Assembly (NCBI GenBank): GCA_963663165.1
Contig: OY760175.1
Span: forward strand, 4,704,001-4,768,000
From: an uncultured Desulfospira sp.
GTDB lineage: Bacteria; Desulfobacterota; Desulfobacteria; Desulfobacterales; Desulfobacteraceae
Length of the DNA stretch: 64,000 nt
Direction: 5' to 3'
Positions 1 through 9,952 of this stretch are shown here, piece by piece. How positions within the stretch are numbered: the first letter of the stretch is position 1; every line of letters begins with the position of its first letter. The notes below the pieces were generated by a model, which saw nothing but the letters and a program-made list of their open reading frames with translations, was not told the origin of the DNA and searched no databases. The position numbers were made by a program, and so were the translations under genes.

Positions 1-2741
1 CTGGATCAGTGCGTTGTTTGGATAAAATTCTGCAAAATCACCTTCGTTGGCGGTCAGGATATAGGTTTTGCCGTCAACACTGAAGCTTGCCACGGCATCA
101 GGCATGTACATGCCGAATGCGGGAATATTTTCAAGGGTGATGTTCGAGTCTTCAATTACGTCCAGAGAATTTTCCGGCTGTCTTAAATCCTTGAAACCAA
201 GGCTCTTGACTGAAACCAGCGTCTTTGCCGCCACGTCAATAATAGCAATGGCGTTGTTTTCCTGGAGAGACACATAGGCTTTTCCGCAGTCTTCGGACAG
301 GGTGATGAACTCGGGTTCAAAGTCCGTAACCGCATCGGTTTTATCACGCGGTACCATAAAATAGCTGTCTTCCTGAGCTTCAACTCCTCGGACATGTACG
401 TCATCATCAATCTTTGATACATCGTCAAAATAGACATGGGTGACGGTGTCATCGTCCGTGCCGGATGTGCCCATGGTGTCCACAATGGTTACGGAACCTT
501 TGGGGTATAGGGAGATGTCGGACTGGGCGGCCCCTCTGGGTTCAGCCTCGTCAGCCGTGAGGATGTACCGTCCGTTTTGAGAGGCAACAACCATGTCCGG
601 ACCGAATCCTGCCTCATAGTGGTGGACATAGTTGCCGTCATAATCAAGAACCAGAACAATACCTTTTTTGCTGATGTAATCGTCTTCCTGTACTGACAAA
701 TAAATCCGGTCGTTAACGGTGCTGACGGACACGCAGCTCAGGTCGCCGTATGTAAAATCTGAAACGTTAGTTGCAAGAAGGCTTTCAATATTGATGGTTG
801 TTTTACTGGTAAGGTTTAAATAGCCGCTTGACGGATACCCGGTAGCCTGCAGGGTGACAATATCCAGGGTGGCGGGGCTTGTGGCACCGTTGACGATATA
901 GAATTTGCCGTTCTCCTTATTAAACTCAACCATCTCAGCCACGCCGCCGTCCGTATCCACGGTGCCGGCGCTGTATCCGGCGATTTTTCTGACGGTAATC
1001 ACATCCTCGGTATCCGGTCCCGGAGACTGGGTGGTGATGCCGCCTGAATAGACAGCCTCGCCTGATCCCACCGAATTCACCGCAGCAAGGGCAAAGTAAT
1101 AGGTGGTTCCGGAGTCAAGACCGTTGGCATAGCAATAGTCCGTCTTGCCGGAAAGAATCCGGGGCTCGGATGACAACAGGTTTGTTTTCGACTCACTCTG
1201 GTAAAAATAGTATTCATCGGCATCACCCGCACAGGTCCAGGTGAAGAGTACGGAAGATGTACCCGCCTCAACCGGCTGGGCTTCTGCTGTAAAGTCTTCA
1301 GGGGGTGTGGGGAACCCGCCGATCTCGATTTCTAGGATCTCACTGGTATTGCCCTGAAAATCCACGCCTGCAATGTAGACGTTGAGGGCATCCGGCTCAA
1401 GATCCGTCAGGGTAATGGTATTTCCTGCCACGCCATGTCGGCACTGGTGCCTGCCATGACGGTCTCTATGAACGGTGTTTCATCTCCTGCCTCATACACC
1501 ACGTAATAGAAGGTTCCTCCTTAATTTGCGGTAAACGTGACAGTGGCTTCGGTATAGCTGGTCCGGCTCCAGGAAGCATCTGAAAGCACTGGCGGTGTAA
1601 TATCATCGTATTCATGAATTTCCATAACCAGAATCGTGCTGACCATGTCGTCGGCATCCTTGGCGACAATGTAGACGTCCTTGGCACCGCTTGTGAGATC
1701 GGTAACGGTGAAGGCCACTTCGCCTGCCGTGCAGGCCGTGCCATCGACCGTGGTATCCAGTTCCGGCTGGTCAGCTCCGTCTTCCACCACGGCATAGTAG
1801 TACTCACACACCTCATTGGTAGTGAAGGTCACGACAGCTTGTTCCAGGCTGGTGCGTTCTGATGTTCCTGCGGTCAGAATGGGCGGCATCTCATCAATGC
1901 CCACAGCTTCAAAGTCGATGCCGGCTGTTGTGGCGAACTCCTCGGCTACCGAGCCGGGAACGCCGCGGATTAAAAGTGCGGTATTATGATTGTTGAACGC
2001 ATAACTGTTAATACATGTCACACTGTAGGGAATCGTGATTTCGGTCAGTTTTTCACAATTTTGAAATGCCCGGTTGTTGATCGTGGTCAGGCTGTTGGGA
2101 AGGTTGACCTCTCTTAGGTTGGTGCAATCGGAAAATGTATATTCATCAAGCAGAGTTACCCCGTATGGGATGGTAATGGATGTTAAGCCCGAACAATATT
2201 GGAATGCACTTTCTCCCATAACTTCAAGACCGTCCGGGAGGGTGATTCCCGTCAGGCCGATGCATTGGTAGAATGCATCCTCTCCGAGGGTTGTCACACC
2301 GGAGGAGATTTCGTAGATGCCGCTTCGGCCTTGGGGAAAAGAGACCAAGGTTGTCCCCGCTTTGTCGAACAATACGCCGTCCTGACTCATGAAAATCGTA
2401 TTTTCGCTGTCAACAATGATTTCCGTCAAGGACGTGCAAAAAGTAAATAAACGGTTAGTAAAATCTGTTATAGAGGCCGGTATTGTAATGGATGTTACGG
2501 TTGACCCGCTTGAAGAAAAAATAAATTTGTAATTGAGTTTTGTCACGGGCAGCCCGTCGATTTCGGCGGGGATTTCTACGGCACCACCTTCACCCTGGTA
2601 TTTTGTGAGGTAAATGTATGTACCGTAATTGTAGTAAGTCCAATCGCCGTCTTCCGTGGTATCAGCCAGGGCTGTCCCCGGAACAAGGCCCAAAAGTGCA
2701 AAAAGCACCAACATCATTGGTATCAATTTCAATTTTTTCAT
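1..2741 (-). pseudogene. Large secreted surface protein (signal peptide, BspA-type LRR_5 repeats, two Ig-like repeats, FN3, choice-of-anchor I / alkaline-phosphatase-associated domain), broken by a nonsense codon and a frameshift; 3' end runs off the window
   Basis: ORF 1521..2741 has a signal peptide and IxIPxSVTxIxxxAF repeats. After TAA at 1521-1523 the frame continues GGTFYYVVYEAGDETP, matching the previous repeat EVCEYYYAVVEDGADQP. A 1-nt shift near 1432 gives VAGNTITLTDLEPDALNVYIAGVD, then FN3-like GLDSGTTYYFALAAVNSVG, GGVAEMVEFNKENGKFYIVNG, PDMVVASQNGRYILTADEAEPR, EPEFITLSED, AYVSLQENNAIA and GMYMPD, open to base 1. Confidence 0.85.
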
Positions 2742-2861
2742 CAGTTCCTCTTTTTTAATTTTATTTTTCTGTCATGTGCAGTTCTGCTTTCCCATGGCAC
2801 TGCCCCTGGAAAGCCAGCCTGATGCTTCAATAGTTTGCATCGGTTAAGCCGGGCAGCCTGA

Positions 2862-3401
2862 CTAGCAGCTCCTGCGGCCCCGTCTTAAACCCGCCAGCCC
2901 CGCAAGGCCCGCGCCCAGCAGCAAGAGGGTGCCGGGAACCGGAACGGCGCTGATGTGGGTGCCGTTAACGGTAAAGGCGATGGCATTGCCGTCAACATCG
3001 GACAGGATAATGTTGGAAAGACTGATGCCGGAAAGGGCAGACTCATCCCCTGAAAAGGAGATGGTGGCCAGGGTGAAAGAGGCGGATTGAGTGCTGAAAT
3101 CCGCTGAATCGGTCAGGTAGGAAACAACCGCCAGATAAGCGGTTCCGGTTGCATATTCCTTATCACTCCTGTCTTCAGCATCATAAGAGTCAAAGCTGCC
3201 GAGTTCTTCAGTCAGGCTGTACTCATCAAAGGTGAGCAGAGTGCCATCATAGTTCACATCAAATTCAAACCCTGCCAGGTCCAGGTTTTCCAACCCGGAA
3301 ATGGTAATGTTAACTTCATAGGCGGTAGCAGATGTTGCCCCCATCACCACCAGACCAAAACAAAACATGATTGCTGCAATCAACTTCTTTGATAAAATCA
3401 T
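2862..3401 (-). CDS. Cohesin-like domain protein with a PEP-CTERM/VPLPA-CTERM sorting signal
   Basis: Signal peptide; LAGFEFDVNYDGTLLTF...LATISF...LSNIILSDVDGNAI cohesin-like pattern; C-terminal VPVPGTLLLLGAGLAGLAGLRRGRR. Confidence 0.8.
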   Translation of the reverse strand: MILSKKLIAAIMFCFGLVVMGATSATAYEVNITISGLENLDLAGFEFDVNYDGTLLTFDEYSLTEELGSFDSYDAEDRSDKEYATGTAYLAVVSYLTDSADFSTQSASFTLATISFSGDESALSGISLSNIILSDVDGNAIAFTVNGTHISAVPVPGTLLLLGAGLAGLAGLRRGRRSC

Positions 3402-3795
3402 GTGTCTTCTCCTTTTTTACGCTGTATTAAAATTATGCCCCGGACCTTTTGCCGGGGGCAGAAACCTAATAACACAGGTAAAAAAAATGATTGCCGCTGG
3501 ATTTTCAAAACCTGGCCCGAGATTTCCACTTTTAACATTTTAATCAAATTTTAACAAAAATACGGGGCTTTCCCGGGGCTCAAATTTCCGGGAAAACCCG
3601 CTAAGGACTGGGATGGCGTGGAAAATGCCGGGTCATTGGCCAAGGCAGGAAAGGATTCATTTGAAACGCTGACTTATCACATATTCAAAATCCCAGGTTT
3701 GACCCGAATATTTCAAGTTTTACTCTTGAATTTGAGTAAGGCGTGAACTAATATTTATAAAAGTGAAACATAAAGAAATAATTTGGAGATGAAAA

Positions 3796-4062
3796 ATGGA
3801 AAAAATGAAGTCAATTACTGTTCACGGTATTGAACCACCCCTGGCTGAGCTGATCAAATCCAGGGCGTTTTCAGAAGGATTGAGCATAAACAAGACCGTA
3901 AAAAAAATTCTTGAAGAAGCGCTGGGTATAAAACCTGCCAATTCAGATCGCCATCGGGATGATTTTAAAGCCTTTTGCGGTGTATGGACCAGGGCCGATC
4001 AAAAGGAATTTGAAAGCAACACTCAGTCCCTCAATGCCGTGGATCAAGAGGATTGGCAATGA
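3796..4062 (+). CDS. Type II antitoxin (ribbon-helix-helix, FitA/VapB-like)
   Basis: 88 aa, KSITVHGIEPPLAELIKSRAFSEGLSINKTVKKIL; stop overlaps the toxin start (ATGA at 4059-4062). Confidence 0.75.
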   Translation: MEKMKSITVHGIEPPLAELIKSRAFSEGLSINKTVKKILEEALGIKPANSDRHRDDFKAFCGVWTRADQKEFESNTQSLNAVDQEDWQ

Positions 4063-4451
4063 AAAACGTCCTGCTTGATACCAATGCATATGTAAGCCTT
4101 TTAAGTGGGGATGAAGCGGTGTTAAATGTCCTTGCCAATGCATCCTGCTGCTATATGTCGATTTTTGTTATTGGTGAACTTTATGCCGGTTTTGCCGGTG
4201 GCCGAAAAGAGAGGCAAAACCGGGAATTGTTAGGCCGCTTTCTAAACCGATCTACCGTTAAAATTCTTAATGCCACCATGGAAACTTCAGATCTGTTTGG
4301 ACACATTAAAAACAGCTTGAAAAAAAAGGGCCGGCCCATCCCCATTAATGATGTCTGGATTGCCGCCCATACTATGGAAACAGGCTCTACCATCATCACT
4401 TACGATCGCCATTTCATGGAAGTCGACGGCCTTCGCGTTTTTCAACAATAG
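4059..4451 (+). CDS. vapC: VapC family PIN-domain toxin
   Basis: LLDTNAY, IGELYAG, PINDVWIAAH and TYDRHF PIN acidic motifs; translational coupling to the upstream gene. Confidence 0.92.
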   Translation: MKNVLLDTNAYVSLLSGDEAVLNVLANASCCYMSIFVIGELYAGFAGGRKERQNRELLGRFLNRSTVKILNATMETSDLFGHIKNSLKKKGRPIPINDVWIAAHTMETGSTIITYDRHFMEVDGLRVFQQ

Positions 4452-4524
4452 CCATTTGGGGCAGGGTAAGGATATTCTCCAAAATAGTTGAATCTTGGAT
4501 TTTTATATTACATGTGATGACGGT

Positions 4525-4552
4525 GTAGGGGCGATTCATGAATCGCCCCTAC
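4525..4552. repeat. Perfect 28-bp GTAG-type REP-like palindrome
   Basis: GTAGGGGCGATTCATGAATCGCCCCTAC is its own reverse complement; it lies between convergent genes. Confidence 0.8.
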
Positions 4553-4609
4553 GGCCGACCCAACAGCACCGCCTCATCCGGTTTCCCGTCTCCTTTCTAT
4601 ACATTATTA

Positions 4610-5571
4610 TTATCCCTTCCGGCCCATACGCATCAGGTATTGTTTGGGGGAATATCCGGTATGGGCCCGGAACGCTTTGCCAAAATGGCTCAGGTTGGTG
4701 TAGCCCACAGCGCAGGCGGCCTGGGTGGCTGTCATTTCGTTCTGGTCAAGAAGTCTTTGGGCCGTTTCCATTCGTTTGTGTTTCAGATAATCAAAGGGGG
4801 TTACCCCGTATACCGCTTTAAAGCTTCGGTACAGGCCGCTTGGACTCATTCCGGCCTGGCCGGCCAGTTCCGGAATGCTGGGCGGGGCCTCCAGATGCTG
4901 TGCCAGCAGCTGCCCGGCGTGCCTGGCCTTGTCAATATTCTCAGCTTTAATGGCAAGCCGTTTGCCAGGGCGGGGCTTCCCGGCATTCAGCTGGTCCACT
5001 TTATAGACCATCAACTCCAGAATTTTGCTTTCCAGGAAAAATTCACGCACCGTTCCTTCATAAGGGCAGTTGATGATTTGCATGAGTACGCTGCGCATGT
5101 CCGGTGTCAGGCTATCCAGAAAAAGCTTGGAACGGGACCGGTGTTGAAGGGGGACCAGCCGGTTTTCCCAGGTTTCTCCCATCAGGGCCTGAAATTCCCG
5201 GGGTGCCATTATGAGGATAATCCGGCTCGTCCGTTGCGGGCCGTATAGGTCACGGATGGTTTGTTCCTGAAAATGGTAGGTGGCGCTCAGGTTTGGGCCA
5301 ACCATATCAGCTTTTTTTTCCCGTTGATGAAAAGGTCGGCCGTGCCGTGCAGAAAAAAGGCAAACCCAAAGGCCGGGGGGAAGTCTGTGTAATCGAAGTG
5401 GGTTGGCGCATTAAGGGTGAAATCCGACACTTTCACATGTACACCTGAGCGAAGGCACATAAATTTGATGGTTCCCCGGCCGATACAGCCCGGAAGGTTG
5501 ATCTGACTCTCGGCCCCGGGCCGGACCGCCGGGTAGGCAATTTTCTGGGCTGCATTCAGTTTCTTAACCAT
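4610..5571 (-). pseudogene. AraC family regulator (PchR-like), split by a -1 frameshift in an A8 run
   Basis: ORF 5287..5616 supplies the N-terminal domain (likely ATG at 5571). ORF 4610..5305 supplies FLESKILELM and the HTH (PPSIPELAGQAGMS...VGYTNLSHFGKAFR). The two join at GGG AAA AAA AAG (T8 at 5312-5319). Confidence 0.85.
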
Positions 5572-5660
5572 CTCTGCCTGCTTCGAATAGTTGAAAAGCA
5601 CATTGCTTGAAAACAACCTTGCATTCTATCCCAAGCTATTAACCCATAAAAATTAAAGCT

Positions 5661-5816
5661 TAATTAGTGTTTGAACGAAAAGTCACCCATCTGCTGTGTT
5701 GCAGGAAAAGTTGCAATCCTCACAACCCCATGGTTGCTCCGGTTGCAACTTTTCCTGCGCCTTGCACCTGGGCAACTTTTCGTCCAAACACGGGGTTTTC
5801 GTTCAGGCACTAATTA
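5661..5816. mobile_element. MITE-like non-coding element, copy 1
   Basis: Terminal inverted repeats TAATTAGTGTTTGAACGAAAA...TTTTCGTTCAGGCACTAATTA; internal hairpin GCAGGAAAAGTTGCAA...TTGCAACTTTTCCTGC; related copies at 43009 and 49102. Confidence 0.8.
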
Positions 5817-5930
5817 AAGACAGATTAGCTGTCCGTTAAACTGTGTGGTGATTGTGAATGCTTTGTGGTTGGTAAACAAAGCGTTAATGTGGTAAAAATA
5901 GGCTATCAATAATGAACAGGCAAAGACCAT

Positions 5931-7937
5931 ATGGGGTTGTTCGAGCTAAAATCATCTTTTTTACCCACCGGAGACCAGCCGGCGGCCATTGAGTATCTGT
6001 CCAAGGGCGTTCAAAAGGGTGAGCCCCACCAGGTCCTTTTGGGCGTGACCGGGTCGGGCAAGACTTTTACCATGGCCAATATCATTGCCCGCATGGAACG
6101 GCCGAGCCTGATCATTGCCCCCAACAAAACCCTGGCGGCCCAGCTTTATAATGAGTTCAAGGCCCTGTTCCCGGAAAACTGTGTGGAATATTTTGTCTCA
6201 TATTACGATTATTACCAGCCCGAGGCCTATATCCCCTCCAGCGACACCTATATTCAAAAAGACTCTTCCATCAACGAGGTCATTGATAAAATGCGCCACT
6301 CCGCCACCCGGTCGGTGCTGTCCCGGCGGGACGTCATTGTGGTGGCGTCGGTCTCCTGTATTTACGGTCTGGGGGCCCCTGAAGATTATCTGGATCTGCG
6401 GGTGACGTTGGAAAAGGACATGGAAATTTCCCGGGAGGAGGTCATCGCCAGGCTGGTGGATATCCAGTATACAAGAAATGATACGGATTTTCACCGGGGG
6501 GTGTTCCGGGTCCGGGGAGACCGTTTGGAGGTCTTTCCGGCCTATGAGGAGGACCGGGCCGTCCGCATTGATTTTTTCGGGGATATGATTGAAGAGATCA
6601 GTGAGATTGATCCGCTGAAGGGGGATGTCCTTAAACGCTTTGACCGGATGGCGGTTTATCCGGCCTCCCACTATGTGACCAAACAGCAGACCCGGCAGAA
6701 AGCGGTTAAATCTATCATCAAAGAACTTAAAGAGAGGTTGGCCTGGTTCCGGGAAAACGACCGGCTTCTGGAGGCCCAGCGCCTTGAGGAACGGACCCAG
6801 TATGATATTGAGATGCTCAATGAGATCGGGTACTGCAACGGGATTGAAAATTATTCCCGGCACCTCACCGGCCGCTCGCCGGGCCAGCCGCCGCCCACCC
6901 TTTTAGACTATATTGACGAAGATTTTTTATTATTTTTTGACGAAAGCCACATCTCCGTATCCCAGCTCGGGGCCATGTACAAGGCGGACCGGTCCCGAAA
7001 GGAGACCCTGGTGAAACACGGGTTCAGGCTGCCCTCCGCCGTGGACAACCGGCCTTTGAAATTTGAAGAGTTTCAGGAGCGGGTCCGCCAGATCATTTAC
7101 GTGTCCGCCACCCCGGCCGACTATGAAATGGAAAAGGCAGGGGGCCGGGTGGCTGAGCAGATTGTCAGGCCCACCGGGCTGCTGGATCCGGGCCTGGATG
7201 TCCGGGATGCCAAAAACCAGGTGGATGACCTTTATGAGGAGATCATCAAACGGGTGGAAGCCAATGAACGGGTCCTGGTCACCACCCTGACCAAGCGCAT
7301 GGCCGAGGATTTGACCGAATATTATGCGGACCTGGGCGTCAAGGTCAAATACCTCCATTCGGATATCGGCACCGTGGAGCGCATTGACATCATCCAGGAC
7401 CTTCGCCGGGGCCTGTTTGATGTCCTTGTCGGCATTAACCTGCTCCGGGAAGGGCTGGATATCCCCGAGGTCTCCCTGGTGGCCATCCTGGATGCTGATA
7501 AGGAAGGTTTTTTGCGCTCTTACCGCTCCTTTATCCAGATATTCGGCCGGGCCGCCAGAAATGCGTACGGCCGGGTGATCATGTATGCGGAAAACCAGAC
7601 CGGTTCCATGAAAAAGGCCATGGCCGAAACTTTGAGAAGAAGGGAGATCCAGAAGGAGTACAACAAGGCCCGCGGGATAGTGCCCTCTACCATCCAGAAA
7701 ACCATTAATTCGTTTGATTATACCATGAGCGATCTGCCGGGACGGAACCCGGCCGCAGCCGTAGATGAGGAGATTCAGGCCTATGAAGCCGAGGAACTGG
7801 AACTGGATGACCTCATCCGGGATCTGACAGACCGGATGAACCTTGCCGCAGAACAGCTTGAATTTGAAAAGGCGGCCCGGTTCAGGGATAAAATAAGAGA
7901 GCTGCAGAAGATCTCAACGGTTCAGGATAAGGTCTAA
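5931..7937 (+). CDS. uvrB: Excinuclease ABC subunit B
   Basis: [41 protein letters not shown] motifs; C-terminal UVR domain. Confidence 0.99.
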   Translation: MGLFELKSSFLPTGDQPAAIEYLSKGVQKGEPHQVLLGVTGSGKTFTMANIIARMERPSLIIAPNKTLAAQLYNEFKALFPENCVEYFVSYYDYYQPEAYIPSSDTYIQKDSSINEVIDKMRHSATRSVLSRRDVIVVASVSCIYGLGAPEDYLDLRVTLEKDMEISREEVIARLVDIQYTRNDTDFHRGVFRVRGDRLEVFPAYEEDRAVRIDFFGDMIEEISEIDPLKGDVLKRFDRMAVYPASHYVTKQQTRQKAVKSIIKELKERLAWFRENDRLLEAQRLEERTQYDIEMLNEIGYCNGIENYSRHLTGRSPGQPPPTLLDYIDEDFLLFFDESHISVSQLGAMYKADRSRKETLVKHGFRLPSAVDNRPLKFEEFQERVRQIIYVSATPADYEMEKAGGRVAEQIVRPTGLLDPGLDVRDAKNQVDDLYEEIIKRVEANERVLVTTLTKRMAEDLTEYYADLGVKVKYLHSDIGTVERIDIIQDLRRGLFDVLVGINLLREGLDIPEVSLVAILDADKEGFLRSYRSFIQIFGRAARNAYGRVIMYAENQTGSMKKAMAETLRRREIQKEYNKARGIVPSTIQKTINSFDYTMSDLPGRNPAAAVDEEIQAYEAEELELDDLIRDLTDRMNLAAEQLEFEKAARFRDKIRELQKISTVQDKV

Positions 7938-7942
7938 CCGGC

Positions 7943-9820
7943 ATGGATCAGGCTTTAAAGGGGCGCCAGACCAGAGAAAAGATCATGGAAAAGTACCGGC
8001 AGGCCCCGGCAGGCCCCGGGGTTTACCTGATGAAGGATGCCAAAAACAGGATCATCTATGTGGGAAAGGCCAAGAACCTTAAAAAACGGCTCTCTTCCTA
8101 TTTTGTCAAAAAGCAGCACCATGATCCCAAAACCGCTGTTCTCATTGATATGATCAAGGATTTTGACCTGGTGATTACCGGCTCGGATCATGAGGCATTC
8201 ATCCTTGAGTCCAATCTGATCAAGGAACACCGGCCTAAATACAATGTCATTCTCAAAGACGGGAAAAACTATCCCCTGCTGCGCATTGACATGAGCCAGG
8301 ATTATCCGTCCATCCAGCGGGTCCGGAATGTTAAATCGGACCATGCCCTCTATTTCGGCCCCTATTCATCATCCCGGAGTGTGAACCAGACCTTAAAGCA
8401 GATCCAGAAGATTTTCAAGTTAAGGCGGTGCCGGGATACCCAGTTTAAAAACCGGTCCAGGCCCTGTCTGAACTATCAGATTAAAGCCTGTTTAGGGCTG
8501 TGCTGCATGCCGGTTCCCAGTGAAGAATACAAGGCGCGGGTCAAGGATGCGGTCCTGTTTTTAAAGGGCAAATCCGGCCAGGTCCTCAAAAAGCTCAAGA
8601 CTGAAATGAAAGGGTATGCGGCGGCAACTCAGTTTGAAAAGGCAGCCCAGGTCAGGGATACGATTTTTGCCATTGAAAATGTCATGGAAAAACAGGTGGT
8701 GGTCTGTCCGGACATGCAGGACCGGGACGTGTTTGCCCTTTCCTGCGACCGGGGCCGGGCCATTGTCACCGTGATGATGATCCGGTCGGGCAGGCTCATT
8801 GATACGGCCCATTATCCGGCCGACTTAGGATTTAAGGACGAGGATGAAATTTTGTCCGCCTTTCTGGACCAGTACTATGAGAAAACCTCGTTCCTGCCGC
8901 CCCTGGTTTTGTTGAGCCGGGGCATTGAAAACCGGGACACCCTGGCACAGGAACTGTCAGAGCGAAAAGAAAAAAAAACCGCCCTTCATGTGCCGGTCCG
9001 GGGCGAAAAAAAGCAGCTGGTAGACATGGCCATGACCAACGCGGCCCGGGAGCTTGAAAAACAGCTGGGAAAAGAAGAGGAGGAACAGGCGGCCATGGAC
9101 ATGCTCCAGTCGCTTTTGGGATTAAAAAACCTGCCCCGGCGCATTGAGTGCTTTGACAACTCCAATTTGTCAGGCCGGGACCCGGTATCGTCCATGGCCG
9201 TGTTTACCAACGGCCGGGCCGATAAAAGCGCCTACCGAAAATATATTATAAAGGATATCCCTTTTCAGGATGATTACGCCTACATGTTTCAGGTCCTGGA
9301 GCGACGGTTTTCAGGGTCGGGAAAATCCGACCCTCACCCCGACCTTCTGGTGGTGGACGGGGGCAAGGGGCAGCTGGGCATGGCCCTGGCCGTGTTAAAG
9401 GAACTGGGCCTTGAGGGACGGTTTGCCCTGGCAGGCCTGGCCAAGAAAGACCAGGCCAAAGGAGAGGTCAGGGACAAGATCTATATCCCGGGCCGGTCCA
9501 ACCCCCTGAACACGGGCCAGGCCCCAAAGGCCCTTTATCTTTTAGAGCAGGTCCGGGATGAAGCCCACCGGTTTGCCGTAAGCTTTCAGCGAAAGCGGCG
9601 GGAAAAACGGGGCGGATTGTCGGTTCTCGATTCCATTGCCGGGATCGGGCCCAAAAGAAAAAAAATGCTCTTGACCCGTTACAAGGGAATCGGGAAAATG
9701 AAGCAGGCCGGCCTTGAAGAACTCAGCCGGCTGCCGGGAATGAATGCCGCAGTCGCAGCAGCACTTCTGGATGGTTTGAATGGTGAAGAAAAGGTAGAAA
9801 CTTCAAATTCAAAGGACTGA
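7943..9820 (+). CDS. uvrC: Excinuclease ABC subunit C
   Basis: GIY-YIG (PGVYLM...IYVGKAKNLKKR), RIECFDNS, VDGGKGQL, RDEAHRFA and HhH motifs. Confidence 0.98.
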   Translation: MDQALKGRQTREKIMEKYRQAPAGPGVYLMKDAKNRIIYVGKAKNLKKRLSSYFVKKQHHDPKTAVLIDMIKDFDLVITGSDHEAFILESNLIKEHRPKYNVILKDGKNYPLLRIDMSQDYPSIQRVRNVKSDHALYFGPYSSSRSVNQTLKQIQKIFKLRRCRDTQFKNRSRPCLNYQIKACLGLCCMPVPSEEYKARVKDAVLFLKGKSGQVLKKLKTEMKGYAAATQFEKAAQVRDTIFAIENVMEKQVVVCPDMQDRDVFALSCDRGRAIVTVMMIRSGRLIDTAHYPADLGFKDEDEILSAFLDQYYEKTSFLPPLVLLSRGIENRDTLAQELSERKEKKTALHVPVRGEKKQLVDMAMTNAARELEKQLGKEEEEQAAMDMLQSLLGLKNLPRRIECFDNSNLSGRDPVSSMAVFTNGRADKSAYRKYIIKDIPFQDDYAYMFQVLERRFSGSGKSDPHPDLLVVDGGKGQLGMALAVLKELGLEGRFALAGLAKKDQAKGEVRDKIYIPGRSNPLNTGQAPKALYLLEQVRDEAHRFAVSFQRKRREKRGGLSVLDSIAGIGPKRKKMLLTRYKGIGKMKQAGLEELSRLPGMNAAVAAALLDGLNGEEKVETSNSKD

Positions 9821-9952
9821 GTTTGAGAATGAATGTTTTTTTCCTTTACAGCTGGGACGTTAACGTATAGTACCTATCATCTGTATTGGCTGTTTAAGCG
9901 ATAACGGCAAAAAGGGACAACAACAACCCAAATGGGCATATGGAGAGGACCA

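Noticed and set aside
3531..3557. TTTAACA repeats upstream of the PEP-CTERM/phosphatase-like genes as a Pho box
   Set aside because: Spacing is not a clean 11-bp period and the region is AT-rich
3614..3629. GG-N10-GC motif TGGCGTGGAAAATGCC
   Set aside because: Weaker match; it faces the toxin-antitoxin pair rather than the PEP-CTERM gene, and no enhancer sites were seen
4538..5248. 236-aa plus-strand ORF, and the many similar antisense ORFs over uvrBC, rpsA, etf, ior and pil genes
   Set aside because: Shadow frames of well-supported genes, with no recognisable motifs
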